Source: a bacterium
Lineage (GTDB): Bacteria > Hinthialibacterota > Hinthialibacteria > Hinthialibacterales > Hinthialibacteraceae
Direction of reading: 5' to 3'
DNA length: 64,000 bases
NCBI GenBank assembly: GCA_963663405.2
Contig: CAXXSM010000053.1
Location: 32,001 to 96,000, forward strand
Under the pieces are notes generated by a model. The model made no database searches. It was not told the origin of the DNA and saw only the letters and a program-made list of their open reading frames with translations. A program made the position numbers and the translations under genes. Shown here piece after piece: positions 1 to 10,193 of this stretch. How positions within the stretch are numbered: position 1 is the first letter of the stretch; every line of letters begins with the position of its first letter.

Positions 1-769
1 GCGAATTTGCAGAAAGATAATCCCACAGCCCTCGTTTCCATCGATCTGTACCGCATTGGTACATGCGATATTTCGTGTTTTTCCAATCGATATAATTAAT
101 GCGTCCTTGGAAGGAATCGTCGATTTGACAGACGGTATAATTCTCACAATCGTACAAATCATTCCCCCCATAGAATCCCCAGATGATCATATCCGGATCA
201 AGAATTTCAGTGAGTGATAAAGCGCGTAATAGTTCCTGGTAGGCGGAATACCCGCCTACGGCTCCATTGATTACTTCCACTCTCCTCGCGCCGGGAAGGC
301 CTCGTGTGCGGCGGAAGCGATTGATCCATTTGCGGTATTTCTCGTTCTCGTTGATCAATCGCTCCAGTTGGGCTGAGAAGGTTTTCGGTTCGGAAAGACT
401 GGAGTGCAGATGGCTGTCTCCGGTGACGAGGATGCGAAAGACGCTTAGTGGTTTTGGGGAGCGGAACGGCGGATTCAATGTGCCGAACTGACTGGTTCGT
501 TTCCAGGATATGGTTTGATCCGCTCCGACGAAACACATTTGGAAATTGGGTTCGATACTCCATCCCAATAACGGATCGAAACTAAAAATAGCGGCTTGGT
601 TTACAGCAAGATTATAAGGGATATACAGCCTGAGTCCCCATTCCAACACCAAGAAAAATAAAGCGAAAATGATGAAGAGAAAAAGCAGGCTTCGTGAGAG
701 AGAGAATGTTCTTGCCGAAGATAAACCGTTGTTCTTGGTTGGTATGGCAGGCGTCTGATCTGTTTCCAC
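1..769 (-). CDS. SGNH/GDSL hydrolase family membrane-anchored protein (partial, runs off left edge; not in ORF track)
   Basis: Manual translation from GTG at 769: VETDQ...LLFLFIIFALFFLVLEWGLRLY (TM)...FDPLLGW...FRILVTGDSH...VEVINGAVGGYS...WGFYGGNDLYD. Shows SGNH blocks I-III and stays open to the window edge. Confidence 0.8.
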   Translation of the reverse strand, partial: METDQTPAIPTKNNGLSSARTFSLSRSLLFLFIIFALFFLVLEWGLRLYIPYNLAVNQAAIFSFDPLLGWSIEPNFQMCFVGADQTISWKRTSQFGTLNPPFRSPKPLSVFRILVTGDSHLHSSLSEPKTFSAQLERLINENEKYRKWINRFRRTRGLPGARRVEVINGAVGGYSAYQELLRALSLTEILDPDMIIWGFYGGNDLYDCENYTVCQIDDSFQGRINYIDWKNTKYRMYQCGTDRWKRGLWDYLSANS

Positions 770-1185
770 TGTGTTTGCCGATTCTATTATATTATCAGCC
801 ATGCTATTACTTTGCCTTTCCTGCAGGCGGTTATGAATCCAAAATGAGTTTAGTCAACGCCGCCAGAATAGAATCGATGGATAGCGTCGGTCTATAGAAT
901 AATATGTTATATCACACCATTATGCGTTTCTTGCGCCGATCATTCTGATCCGGTTTTGCTATCGTGTGACAAGGCGGCATAAAACGAAATTTAGACTAAT
1001 AGACATAGGGTGAGATGCCGATTATTGGTGTATTTGTTGTATATATAGATTTTTATCGTCTTAGGCGCCTTTTTTGCCACCACATCATATCCATTATTGT
1101 GATTTGGAGAGCAACTTCAAGGAGTGAGGTATTATGGGATTAAATATTATTGAGGATTGAATAAATGCTGGTTTCTAGATTCGTT

Positions 1186-2223
1186 TCATTCCCGTCCCAG
1201 ACGTTCTTTTAGAAAACGGAGCATTTCCTGTTCTTCCGATGAAGCGCCTGCGCCGGGAGTGACTGGGTAATCGTCAGCCGTGGCTGATGCGCTGGGGTGA
1301 GGGGAGGATTTCTTCTGAAAGAGCCGGAGATGCAGGGATGGCATGGAACCATCCGGAGAAGGAACGAGAACACGTTTTCGCAACCGGGGCATCACTTTTT
1401 CCATCGTCTCGCGATAAAGCCGTTCACGAACAGCGCCGGACGCGTTTTTGACTTCCGGCAGCAGAGCGAGAAATTTGGATGTATCTCCCGTGGCGGAGGC
1501 GATGCGCATAGTTTTGGCCGCCTCCGCTTGAGCGAGAATGATTTCCGCCTGACCCCGCGCGCGGGGAAGGATTTCTTCTTTGTAGACTCTGGCTTTCGTA
1601 ATAATGCGGGTTTTGTCTTGGCGCGCGTCGGTCACATCTTGAAACGCGTCTTGGACATCTTGGGGTGGTTCGATTTTAACACGTTCGATCTTGACGATTT
1701 CTAGACCTGACTGGCAGCGGTCCAAACTCTGCTGCAAGTCCATTTTTATATCCGTTGACAGCGAGGCCCAACCCGCTGTCAACGCTTCGTCAACCTTCAT
1801 CTGACCAAGTCTGTTTGTAACAGCCGCCTCTCCGGCTTTGCGAAGCAGAGCGATTGGATTGGCGTTGGCGAATAAGTAATTGTAAGGATCGGAAACACGG
1901 TATTGGATTAGTAATTGTATGCGGAGCACATTGGTGTCACCCGTCAACCATTCACATTGTTCGTATGTAGGCGGCACGTTGCGTATTTCGTCGATGAAGC
2001 GGTACCCGACCGGCATTTGCAGAACGGTGGTCGTCTCGACGCGGTAGACGACGCCTAACGGCCAGGGCGCATGATAACCAAGCCCCGGCGTCACACGCCG
2101 GGCGGTCACTTTTCCTAAAAACACCGTCACCGCTGTTTCTTTTGGGGAGACGGTATAAAAACCTGAAAACAACCAAGCGATTAGTAACACAACGGGAAGA
2201 AGGCTGATTCGAAACCGTTTCAT
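1186..2223 (-). CDS. hflK: HflK-type SPFH/band-7 membrane protein
   Basis: N-terminal TM, GFYTV...PGLGYHAPWP, LTGDTN, PPQDVQDAFQDV, ILPRARGQA, RERLYRETMEKV. ATG at 2223 overlaps the hflC stop (ATGA). Confidence 0.85.
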   Translation of the reverse strand: MKRFRISLLPVVLLIAWLFSGFYTVSPKETAVTVFLGKVTARRVTPGLGYHAPWPLGVVYRVETTTVLQMPVGYRFIDEIRNVPPTYEQCEWLTGDTNVLRIQLLIQYRVSDPYNYLFANANPIALLRKAGEAAVTNRLGQMKVDEALTAGWASLSTDIKMDLQQSLDRCQSGLEIVKIERVKIEPPQDVQDAFQDVTDARQDKTRIITKARVYKEEILPRARGQAEIILAQAEAAKTMRIASATGDTSKFLALLPEVKNASGAVRERLYRETMEKVMPRLRKRVLVPSPDGSMPSLHLRLFQKKSSPHPSASATADDYPVTPGAGASSEEQEMLRFLKERLGRE

Positions 2224-3107
2224 TCGTCCGATCCTTCCCACAAGAATCGCATTAAATCAGAATCACCGGGAATCACGGCTGAATCCTCTGAGGTGAGAAT
2301 CGTTTCGTACATTTGGAGGGAACGATAAAAACGATAGAATTCAGGATTGTTGGTAATCGCTTCCGCGTAGATCCGGGCCGCTTCGGCTTCGCCCTCTCCC
2401 CGGATTCGCGCGGCGGTTGATTCAGCTTCGGCGAGGATGTTGGCGCGTTCCCGGTCCGTGCCTGCTCGGATCTTCATCGCTTCGCTTTCTCCTTCCGAAC
2501 GGTGGCGGGTGGCGATTTGACGGCGCTCTTCCCGCATGCGGTCAAATACAGACGGGCGGTTTTGTTCGTGATAATTGATTCGGCTTACTTGCAGATTCAC
2601 GATCTCTACACCATATTCCGCCTGCGCTAAGGTTTGTACGTTTTTCATGACCTTCTCAGTGAGTTGTGAGAGTTTGACTTCCGTCGCATCTGAAATGAGT
2701 GACGCAAACGGCGTTTTCCCCAGTTCGGCGGCGAGTTCGGAAACCATGGCGAAAGAGAGACGTGTTTCTAACCCTTCTTGCGTGTTCATGGTTTGCAGGA
2801 AGATTTGGGGATCGGATATTCGCCAGACCAGGAACGCCTGCGTCATGATGTTTTTCTTTTCGAGGGTGTGGCATTCCTGTGGAGGAATTTCGAGTATTTG
2901 CAGCCGCTGGTCGAATTTCGTAATCCGCTCGAACGGAAACGGCCATTTAAACTTGAGTCCGGGATCATCCAGATACGTGCGGACCGGTTTTCCAAAAAAG
3001 GTGACCACGGCGCATTCTTTGACATCCACAATATAGATACATTGAGACAGGATGACAACAAAGATCACCACGAGCGCTCCAATGTATATAGGGATTCTTG
3101 ATTTCAT
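2220..3107 (-). CDS. hflC: HflC-type SPFH/band-7 membrane protein
   Basis: N-terminal TM, PGLKFKWPF, FDQRL, VFDRMREER, RGEGEAEAARIYAEA, PEFYRFYRSLQMY: HflC signature segments. Confidence 0.9.
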   Translation of the reverse strand: MKSRIPIYIGALVVIFVVILSQCIYIVDVKECAVVTFFGKPVRTYLDDPGLKFKWPFPFERITKFDQRLQILEIPPQECHTLEKKNIMTQAFLVWRISDPQIFLQTMNTQEGLETRLSFAMVSELAAELGKTPFASLISDATEVKLSQLTEKVMKNVQTLAQAEYGVEIVNLQVSRINYHEQNRPSVFDRMREERRQIATRHRSEGESEAMKIRAGTDRERANILAEAESTAARIRGEGEAEAARIYAEAITNNPEFYRFYRSLQMYETILTSEDSAVIPGDSDLMRFLWEGSDE

Positions 3108-3266
3108 AGTATCAATCCTTACATTTAAGATCCGAACTGAATAAAACTAGAATTTTATTATTTCTAATTTGTTTATGCAAAGCGGCCCTCACAGCAGTTT
3201 GGAATGGCATGAAAGCCGCATACAATCTACATTTCTAGATTAGCCTTGAATGAATCGAGTAATGAA

Positions 3267-5312
3267 TTATTCATTGTACTTATCTGTTCCAATGACCATG
3301 TTTTCGCCGCTGTCCAGGAACCAGAGATCAAAATCCGGCCATCGTTCGTCATTCGGCAGAATCGTTTTTGAGACGGGCAAAAGAGAGTAATCCACCGTCT
3401 CGAATCGCAGCCGCATCCGGGTTTCAATGGGCCATTTCAAGTCACATTCCGCCAACGCTTTAAAAGCCGCCGTGTCTCCGTGCGCTTTTTGTATCCGTGC
3501 GCGTTTATCCGCTTCGGCGCTCTCTACGATTTCCACCGCTTCCCCTCGCGCCAGGTGAAGAGTGCGTTCCGTTTCTACATAGGCTTCGTAGATCTGCCGT
3601 TCCTTGTCTTCTTCCGCGCTGGCGACATCGCGGAACGCCTGGTGCGCTTCCGCGGGCGCGTGAATGCGGATCAAGCGGACAGCGATCAATTCAATCGTTC
3701 CTGGCATGGAATGATTAATGATTTGCCGCGCGCGGTTTGTGACCTCTATTTCAATTGTATGCCGGGCCGTTGTCAATGTAGTTTCGATATTCATACCCGC
3801 CATTACTTCGGTCAAAGCGGATATCACCGCCCCACGGATAATCGGTTCGGGATCCGCGATACCAAAAAGATACTTCTCCGCGTCGTTAACGCGGTATTCC
3901 GCCTGGCTTGATAGATCTACAATATTTTCATCGCCGGTCAGGTACAGCGATTCTTCTAAGATCTGCAGTTCTGTATCCCAAGGAGCCGTTCGCGCGACGC
4001 CAGCCGCTTTGGAACGGAATCCAACATCCACGTTTCGGATCTCGCGCACCCGGAGTGTATGTCCTTGGGCGAAAGGATATGGGAGATGCATGTAGATACC
4101 GGGAGAGAGATTCACGGCGGTTGGTTTCCCCAATTCTACAATGGCGCCTTTCTCACCGGGACCGACGATCAAAAAACAAGTTTGTAGAATGGAAACAACG
4201 CAGATTATCAAAATGAAAAGGCTGAATTTTTTCCATGACAATTGAATCCCTGTCATGGAGCTAATCTTCTTTCCAATCTGCGTCCATTGCGCAGGGACTG
4301 CTGACTGCCACATGCCTTTGATCAGAAGGTAGAGAAGAAACAGAGCGGAGAGAATTCCAACAATTCCTGCGCTTTCTCCACTGGTTTGTTCGATCGCCAT
4401 GGTAGGCGTTATTTCGTTTTGACCATAATACAGATTGACCAAGTGACCGGCGTAGAGGCTGATGACAATGATCGCAAGGAGGTATAGAATTGTGGATCGG
4501 CGTCCAAGGATTTTATAAAGAATCGGGATCGAGCCGATATTTGTCGCAGGACCAGCCAGCAGAAAAACAAGCGCCGCGCCGGGCGAAAGCCCCTTGGCGA
4601 TCATAGCCGCCGCGATGGGGGTTGAACCGGACGCGCAGATATACATCGGCATGCTGATGATCAGCATGATCAACAAGGAGGAAAATCCCTGCCCGACCCA
4701 GCCTTGGAAGAACCAATCGGGAATCCAGGCGGCGATCACTCCGGATAGAATAAAACCAAGCGCCAGCCAATGCGCAAGGTTGTTTGATAATTCCCCAAAA
4801 GCGTAATGCCATGTTTCCGCCCACCAGGGCCGGACGTTCACCGTTTCGGATGTTTCATTATTCGCATGACAGCAGGAGTGGATTTTTTCTGTTTCCTCTT
4901 CTTCTGTATCTCCCCACCGGTTGACGGTAATTCCTGCGAACAGCGCTGTGATAAACGCGATGAATGGTCTTAGTATTGTCATGGTCAGGTCCATCATGCC
5001 ATAGGTCATCGCGATGGAGTCGACACCGGTTTCGGGAGTGGAGATCAGAAAGGATGTGGTCGCGCCCCGGCTCGCTCCTTTTTGACGGAGTGTGACTGCT
5101 GTCGGCAGTACAGAACAAGAACAAAGTGGCAATGGAACTCCACAGAGCGACGCCAGGAAAACGGATCGCCAATTCCGTTTCCCCAATACCGTGACGATCT
5201 TATCGGAAGGAACAAAGGTATGGATCAATCCCGCTGCCATAAATCCAAATAAGATATAAGGGCCGGATGTGATGAGTATCATCCAAATTTTGTAAATTGC
5301 GGAGAGTAACAT
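3267..5312 (-). CDS. DUF318/ArsP-like (SO_0444-type) metal permease fused to a C-terminal HflK-like SPFH domain
   Basis: N-terminal half has PLPLCSCSVLP, FLISTPETG, HSCCH, PMYICASGSTPIAA, GAALVFLLAGPATN. C-terminal half has PGIYMHLPYPF, LTGDENIVD, AFRDVASAEEDK, ARGEA, GDTAAF. Confidence 0.85.
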   Translation of the reverse strand: MLLSAIYKIWMILITSGPYILFGFMAAGLIHTFVPSDKIVTVLGKRNWRSVFLASLCGVPLPLCSCSVLPTAVTLRQKGASRGATTSFLISTPETGVDSIAMTYGMMDLTMTILRPFIAFITALFAGITVNRWGDTEEEETEKIHSCCHANNETSETVNVRPWWAETWHYAFGELSNNLAHWLALGFILSGVIAAWIPDWFFQGWVGQGFSSLLIMLIISMPMYICASGSTPIAAAMIAKGLSPGAALVFLLAGPATNIGSIPILYKILGRRSTILYLLAIIVISLYAGHLVNLYYGQNEITPTMAIEQTSGESAGIVGILSALFLLYLLIKGMWQSAVPAQWTQIGKKISSMTGIQLSWKKFSLFILIICVVSILQTCFLIVGPGEKGAIVELGKPTAVNLSPGIYMHLPYPFAQGHTLRVREIRNVDVGFRSKAAGVARTAPWDTELQILEESLYLTGDENIVDLSSQAEYRVNDAEKYLFGIADPEPIIRGAVISALTEVMAGMNIETTLTTARHTIEIEVTNRARQIINHSMPGTIELIAVRLIRIHAPAEAHQAFRDVASAEEDKERQIYEAYVETERTLHLARGEAVEIVESAEADKRARIQKAHGDTAAFKALAECDLKWPIETRMRLRFETVDYSLLPVSKTILPNDERWPDFDLWFLDSGENMVIGTDKYNE

Positions 5313-5600
5313 AATCGAAATATTGACTCCAAAATGGTTGGATCCAGAGATTTTCGTAGATTCAATGAATCCCGAATCAATGAGTTTGATTCATTCGTTA
5401 TCCAACCGGTCTCTTGCTCGTGTTTCTAGTTTTGTATGCTTGACACATAGGCGGTCGATCTCGTTCTAGACCGGCCGTTGAGAGAACACCTTGGATTCGC
5501 CATCTTTTATTAGTGTACTTGTCAAAATGCCTTCCACCAATGAAAAGAGAAAAAAAACTATGAGAAGGAATGTGAGATTCCTCATCTACGCTTGTGTGGA

Positions 5601-7376
5601 TTAACGGGATGACTTCGTTTTAAAGGCTTTTTGCAGCTTTTCCCGAAGGCTGGTGAACCGTTTTCGGATTTTGTTATTGTTGACGGCGGTTGTCAGCGCC
5701 CTGCGGCTGCCGACCAGCATAACCAGCTGTTTTCCCCGGCTGACCGCCGTATAGAGGAGATTGCGCTGAAGCAGGGGGAAATGCTGATCGATCAGCGGTA
5801 CGACAACGGCGGGATATTCGCTCCCCTGGGATTTATGAACGGTAACCGCGTACGCCAGCGATGTGTTGACAAGATTGCTGTAATTGTAATCGATCTTCCG
5901 GCCTTCGAATTCAATCGTTACTCGTTCATCGATCCGGTCAATCTCTGTGACAAATCCGATATCCCCATTAAAGACGTCATTCAAATAGTCGTTTTTTGTC
6001 TGCATGATTTTGTCACCACACGCCATGGGATAAAAACCAGGTTTGAATCGGTCTGGTGATGGATTGATGCGTTCTTGGAGATGTTCGTTCATCACTTCGA
6101 CACCGGCTCCATATTTAATCATGGGGCAGAGAACTTGGATATCTTGCTTTGGATCGAATCCGAATTGTTTGGGGATGCGGCTAGTAACCAATTCCAGCAC
6201 GGCGTCCCGTGTGAGGATCGGATCGGGTTTCGCGACGAAGAAAAAGTCCTGCCCTTGTTCGACGCCGTCTCCTTCGAGTTCCGGCATTTCACCTTGGTTG
6301 ATTCGATGGGCGTTGAGAGAGATCAGGCTGCCTTCCCGCTGACGGAATATTTCGGTAAGGGAGACGGTTTTGATGTGTCCGCAGCCGATTAAATCATGCA
6401 GCACCATACCCGGTCCCACCGCGGGCAGTTGATCCACATCCCCCACAATCAATAGATGACACGAAGGTTCCAACGCGGCCAAGAGATTCGCCATCAGTTC
6501 CGTGTCGATCATGGAAGCTTCGTCAACGACGAGGAGATCGGTTTTGAGTGTGCGGCCGGCGTTCCGGTTGAATCCGCCGGTTTCTGGATTGTATTCCAGC
6601 AGGCGGTGAATGGTTTTAGCGAAACGGCCCGTACTTTCCGAAAGCCGTTTCGCCGCGCGACCCGTCGGCGCGGCGAGGCGGGGTTTTGAGCCGCCTCGCA
6701 TTCTCCATAGTTTCAAGATTCCTTTTAGGATTGTGGTTTTGCCCGTGCCGGGGCCGCCGGTGACGATGGTGACTTTGTTTTGGAAGGCGGCGGCGATGGC
6801 TTCCCGTTGCGCGGGGGCGAGTGTGATACGCAGCGTCTTTTCCACCTTCGTCATTTCATCAGGGCTGGGTTCCTTCAACGCCATGCTTGATGGAGCGAGG
6901 GACAGGTTGCGCGTCCGCCGGGCGATTTCATTTTCCGCTTCGTGAAATCGCCATAAATAAATGGAACGCCCTTGGTCGTGTGAATTGATTGATAAATGGA
7001 CCTCACGCCGCTCATACAGTTCCTCTAGCGTATCGGTGAGAATTCCTTCATCCTTAAAACCAAGAAATTGATAGGAACGGCGGTATAGTTCTTCGTCCGG
7101 TAGAAAGATGTGCCCATCCCAACTGCCATGAAGAAGCGCATGACGGATGGCTCCCGCAATACGCACGGGCGCGGATTTCTCGATTCCCATCTCATTGGCG
7201 ATACGATCCACCTCCCGCCAATCCGATCGTTCGTTGAGCAGCAGCAGGATATATGGATCGCGGCGGATTTCCGACACCGCGTTGGAGCCAAAAGCCAGAT
7301 ACGCCCGCCGCGCCAACGGGTGTTGTAGGCCAAACTTCACCAACCGGTCAATGGTTCTGTTCTTGCTCCGCGCCAT
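5601..7376 (-). CDS. recD2: RecD2-like SF1B ATP-dependent DNA helicase
   Basis: Walker A TGGPGTGKTT, AAPTGRAAKRL, TIHRLL, VDEASM, GDVDQLP, FNGDIG, AYAVTVHKSQGSEY, LYTAVSRGK. Confidence 0.9.
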   Translation of the reverse strand: MARSKNRTIDRLVKFGLQHPLARRAYLAFGSNAVSEIRRDPYILLLLNERSDWREVDRIANEMGIEKSAPVRIAGAIRHALLHGSWDGHIFLPDEELYRRSYQFLGFKDEGILTDTLEELYERREVHLSINSHDQGRSIYLWRFHEAENEIARRTRNLSLAPSSMALKEPSPDEMTKVEKTLRITLAPAQREAIAAAFQNKVTIVTGGPGTGKTTILKGILKLWRMRGGSKPRLAAPTGRAAKRLSESTGRFAKTIHRLLEYNPETGGFNRNAGRTLKTDLLVVDEASMIDTELMANLLAALEPSCHLLIVGDVDQLPAVGPGMVLHDLIGCGHIKTVSLTEIFRQREGSLISLNAHRINQGEMPELEGDGVEQGQDFFFVAKPDPILTRDAVLELVTSRIPKQFGFDPKQDIQVLCPMIKYGAGVEVMNEHLQERINPSPDRFKPGFYPMACGDKIMQTKNDYLNDVFNGDIGFVTEIDRIDERVTIEFEGRKIDYNYSNLVNTSLAYAVTVHKSQGSEYPAVVVPLIDQHFPLLQRNLLYTAVSRGKQLVMLVGSRRALTTAVNNNKIRKRFTSLREKLQKAFKTKSSR

Positions 7377-7613
7377 CTTTGTCCTTGCTTTAAAAAATAA
7401 AAAACGATTGCGAATTCATGTATGATTGATTCACCAATATCATTCTTCCTGTTTTTCAGTAAGAATCAACATGAATCAACTTCCTTTTTGCAGGAGGAAC
7501 AGTTGTATTCGATGCGTTTTTTGGATCAGTGAATAAACCTTACTTTCCACCGATTTTTTTGATACCTTTTTTTTAATTTAATTTTATTGCTGATTTCAGT
7601 GGGAGGTATTATC

Positions 7614-8189
7614 ATGAGACAAGGCTTTACGCTGATCGAATTGTTAATCGTCGTCGCGATTATTGGTATTCTGGCGGCGATCGCGGTTCCTAATTTTTTA
7701 AATGCGATGACACGGGCGAAAGTAGCGCAGGCAACCGCGGAAATCCGGAATATTGGAACCGCGTTGGAAACGTATAAACTCGATCGAAACGCCTATCCAC
7801 CTATTTTTCCGCCTGTTTGGATGTACGACCGGTATTTTCCTTTAACGACTCCTGTGGCGTATATGTCATCGATCCCTCTTGATCCATTTAACAAAAAACC
7901 CACAGATTCCACTACCGGTCCAAAAGATGGAAACAATCCAACGGGGCATTATGACTATTGGACACGACTGGCGGCGCATGGCAATCAAAAGGGAACGAAT
8001 TATTGGGACGCCATAACGGATTTTCCCGCTAGGCGGTATGAATGGATTCTCATCGGTTTCGGGCCCACTCAATCCTGGATAACCAATTTAGTCTATCCCG
8101 CGGGACATCCCAATGCGGGGGAATATATCGCGTATGATATGAGTAATGGCTTGTACAGCGATGGGTGTATTGTCCGCTACGGTCCGTAA
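7614..8189 (+). CDS. Prepilin-type N-terminal cleavage/methylation protein (GspG/pseudopilin-like), paralogue 1
   Basis: MRQG|FTLIELLIVVAIIGILAAIAVPNF class III signal. GGAGG RBS at 7602-7606 precedes ATG 7614. Confidence 0.9.
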   Translation: MRQGFTLIELLIVVAIIGILAAIAVPNFLNAMTRAKVAQATAEIRNIGTALETYKLDRNAYPPIFPPVWMYDRYFPLTTPVAYMSSIPLDPFNKKPTDSTTGPKDGNNPTGHYDYWTRLAAHGNQKGTNYWDAITDFPARRYEWILIGFGPTQSWITNLVYPAGHPNAGEYIAYDMSNGLYSDGCIVRYGP

Positions 8190-8263
8190 TTATTTTTGCA
8201 TAGCCTGATAATAAGAATCAATTATCAATTTAGGGATGAATTATATGAAAGGCGGGATGTGAC

Positions 8264-9046
8264 ATGGCTCATCCATTCTTTATGTTGACGGATAAAATCG
8301 CGTTTGTGACAGGCGCCGCGTCGGGCATTGGCCGCGCGATCGCGGAAGTGTACGCGCAGGTGGAAGCGACGGTCTGGATCGCGGATCTCGATGAAGAGAA
8401 CGCTATGAAGACGATTGAGCGAATCCAATCCCTCGGCGGAGACGCCCGTTTTATTCACTGTGATGTCACAAATCCAGAACGGATTGATAATGCGGTGAAG
8501 AACGTGATGGATGAACATGGGCGAATAGACATTCTTGTTAATAACGCGGGGATTGGATTTGTAGGTAATCTACTCAATACGCCAGAAGATGATTTTGACC
8601 GGCTCTTTGATGTGAATGTGAAGGGTGTATATCACGTGACGAAAGCCATTCTGCCATCCATGTTGGAACGTGGGTATGGAGTGATCGTCAACATGGCGTC
8701 TATCGCTTCTTTGATCGCCGTCAAAGATCGTTTCGCCTACAACGCGTCGAAAGGGGCGGTGTTGATGATGACGAAAGGGATCGCTCTTGATTATGTAGAT
8801 CGTGGTATCCGCTGTAATTGCATCTGCCCTACGCGGATTCATACGCCGTTCGTGGATGAATATCTAAAGAAAAACTATCCGGGACGGGAAGAGGAAATGT
8901 TCGCTCTACTTTCCCAATACCAACCGATCGGCCGGATGGGTAAACCGGAAGAGGTCGCGTATATGGCCCTCTATCTCGCGAGTGACGAGGCCGCTCTGGT
9001 GACCGGCGAAGCATTTCCGCTTACGGGAGGGAAATTGATGGGGTGA
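8264..9046 (+). CDS. Short-chain dehydrogenase/reductase (2-keto-3-deoxy-L-fuconate dehydrogenase-like)
   Basis: TGAASGIG, NNAG, YNASK (YxxxK), RCNCICP, QPIGRMGKPEEVA. Adjacent to a FAH-family gene. Confidence 0.85.
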   Translation: MAHPFFMLTDKIAFVTGAASGIGRAIAEVYAQVEATVWIADLDEENAMKTIERIQSLGGDARFIHCDVTNPERIDNAVKNVMDEHGRIDILVNNAGIGFVGNLLNTPEDDFDRLFDVNVKGVYHVTKAILPSMLERGYGVIVNMASIASLIAVKDRFAYNASKGAVLMMTKGIALDYVDRGIRCNCICPTRIHTPFVDEYLKKNYPGREEEMFALLSQYQPIGRMGKPEEVAYMALYLASDEAALVTGEAFPLTGGKLMG

Positions 9047-9149
9047 CGGAATCCCATTTCATCAACAGCGCCTCTTAGACCTTGCCTGAGAAATCCAATC
9101 CAATCAATCTATTGTTTACAACCATTACTTGTTATCGAAAGGAAAGAAC

Positions 9150-10004
9150 ATGAAACTTGTACGCTTTGGGGATAAAGGGAATGAAAAGCCGGGTTTGCTG
9201 CTGGCCTCTGGGGAGATCGTGGACGCGTCGGCCTGCGCGCAGGATTATAATGAGGCGTTTTTCGCGGAAGATGGACTCAATAAACTGGCCGCTTGGTTGC
9301 AGGATAACGAATCCAGCGCGCCGCGTGTGCCGAAAGAAACCCGGCTGGGATCCGCAGTCGCGCGTCCAAGTAAAATCATCTGCATCGGCTTGAATTATTC
9401 CGACCACGCGAAAGAATCGGGACAGGATGTGCCTAGTGAACCCGTGATCTTCTCCAAAGCAAGCACTGCGCTGAACGGTCCCTTCGATGCGATTGAGATA
9501 CCGCGCAATTCGGTGAAAACCGATTGGGAAGTGGAATTGGCGTTTGTGATCGGGAAACGCGCGAAATATGTGGAAGAATCCGAAGCGCTATCCTACGTCG
9601 CAGGCTATGCTGTCATGAACGATGTCAGCGAGCGGGAATTTCAAGCGGAACGCTGCGGACAGTGGGTCAAAGGCAAGAGCCATGACACATTCGCTCCATT
9701 CGGCCCATATTTAGCCACCCCGGACGAGATCGCCGATCCGCAGAACCTTGCGATGAGCCTGGATGTCAACGGAGAACGAATGCAGACCGGAAACACAAGC
9801 ACTATGATCTTCAGCGTCAAAACACTCGTCGCGTATCTTTCCCAATTTATGACGCTCCTGCCCGGAGATATCATCAGCACAGGCACTCCGCCGGGCGTCG
9901 GTTTTGGTATGAATCCACCCCGCTATTTAAAACCCGGTGATGTTGTGGAACTTACAGTTGAAGGATTAGGCTCCCAGCGGCAAACGGTTGTGGCTGCATC
10001 TTAG
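9150..10004 (+). CDS. Fumarylacetoacetate hydrolase family protein
   Basis: MKLVRFG, KIICIGLNYSDH, DWEVEL, NDVSER, GKSHDTF, PGDIISTGTPPGVG. Confidence 0.9.
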   Translation: MKLVRFGDKGNEKPGLLLASGEIVDASACAQDYNEAFFAEDGLNKLAAWLQDNESSAPRVPKETRLGSAVARPSKIICIGLNYSDHAKESGQDVPSEPVIFSKASTALNGPFDAIEIPRNSVKTDWEVELAFVIGKRAKYVEESEALSYVAGYAVMNDVSEREFQAERCGQWVKGKSHDTFAPFGPYLATPDEIADPQNLAMSLDVNGERMQTGNTSTMIFSVKTLVAYLSQFMTLLPGDIISTGTPPGVGFGMNPPRYLKPGDVVELTVEGLGSQRQTVVAAS

Positions 10005-10078
10005 AATATTTGTAATACTATCTTGTACATCTATATATGCGGTAATCTATGGATAAATAGAATTGCCTTTTTTAATAT

Positions 10079-10122
10079 AATCCTGAAAATCCTGTTAATC
10101 CTTCATATCCTGATTCAGACAA
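10079..10122 (+). repeat. Short 9-bp-period tandem repeat (AATCCTGAA/AATCCTGTT/AATCCTTCA/TATCCTGAT) followed by TCAGACAA
   Basis: Four degenerate copies seen directly in an AT-rich intergenic gap. Confidence 0.55.
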
Positions 10123-10193
10123 AATAAATTTTCTTAACAAATGAATGTATTATTTATAGTATCTGTGAAATATCAATTATTCCCATATAGGAG

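Noticed and set aside
207-897. ORF-track ORFs 207..563, 267..491, 694..897
   Set aside because: Alternate-frame or antisense to the edge-truncated SGNH gene.
5340-5460. GATTC/GAATC palindromic patches upstream of the permease-HflK operon as a metalloregulator operator
   Set aside because: Imperfect, similar words are common in this window's intergenic DNA, and no regulator gene is adjacent.
5601-7376. recD2 as a marker of a prophage or mobile element
   Set aside because: No integrase, phage or conjugation genes nearby; composition looks native. It is somewhat short at the N-terminus but all helicase motifs are intact.
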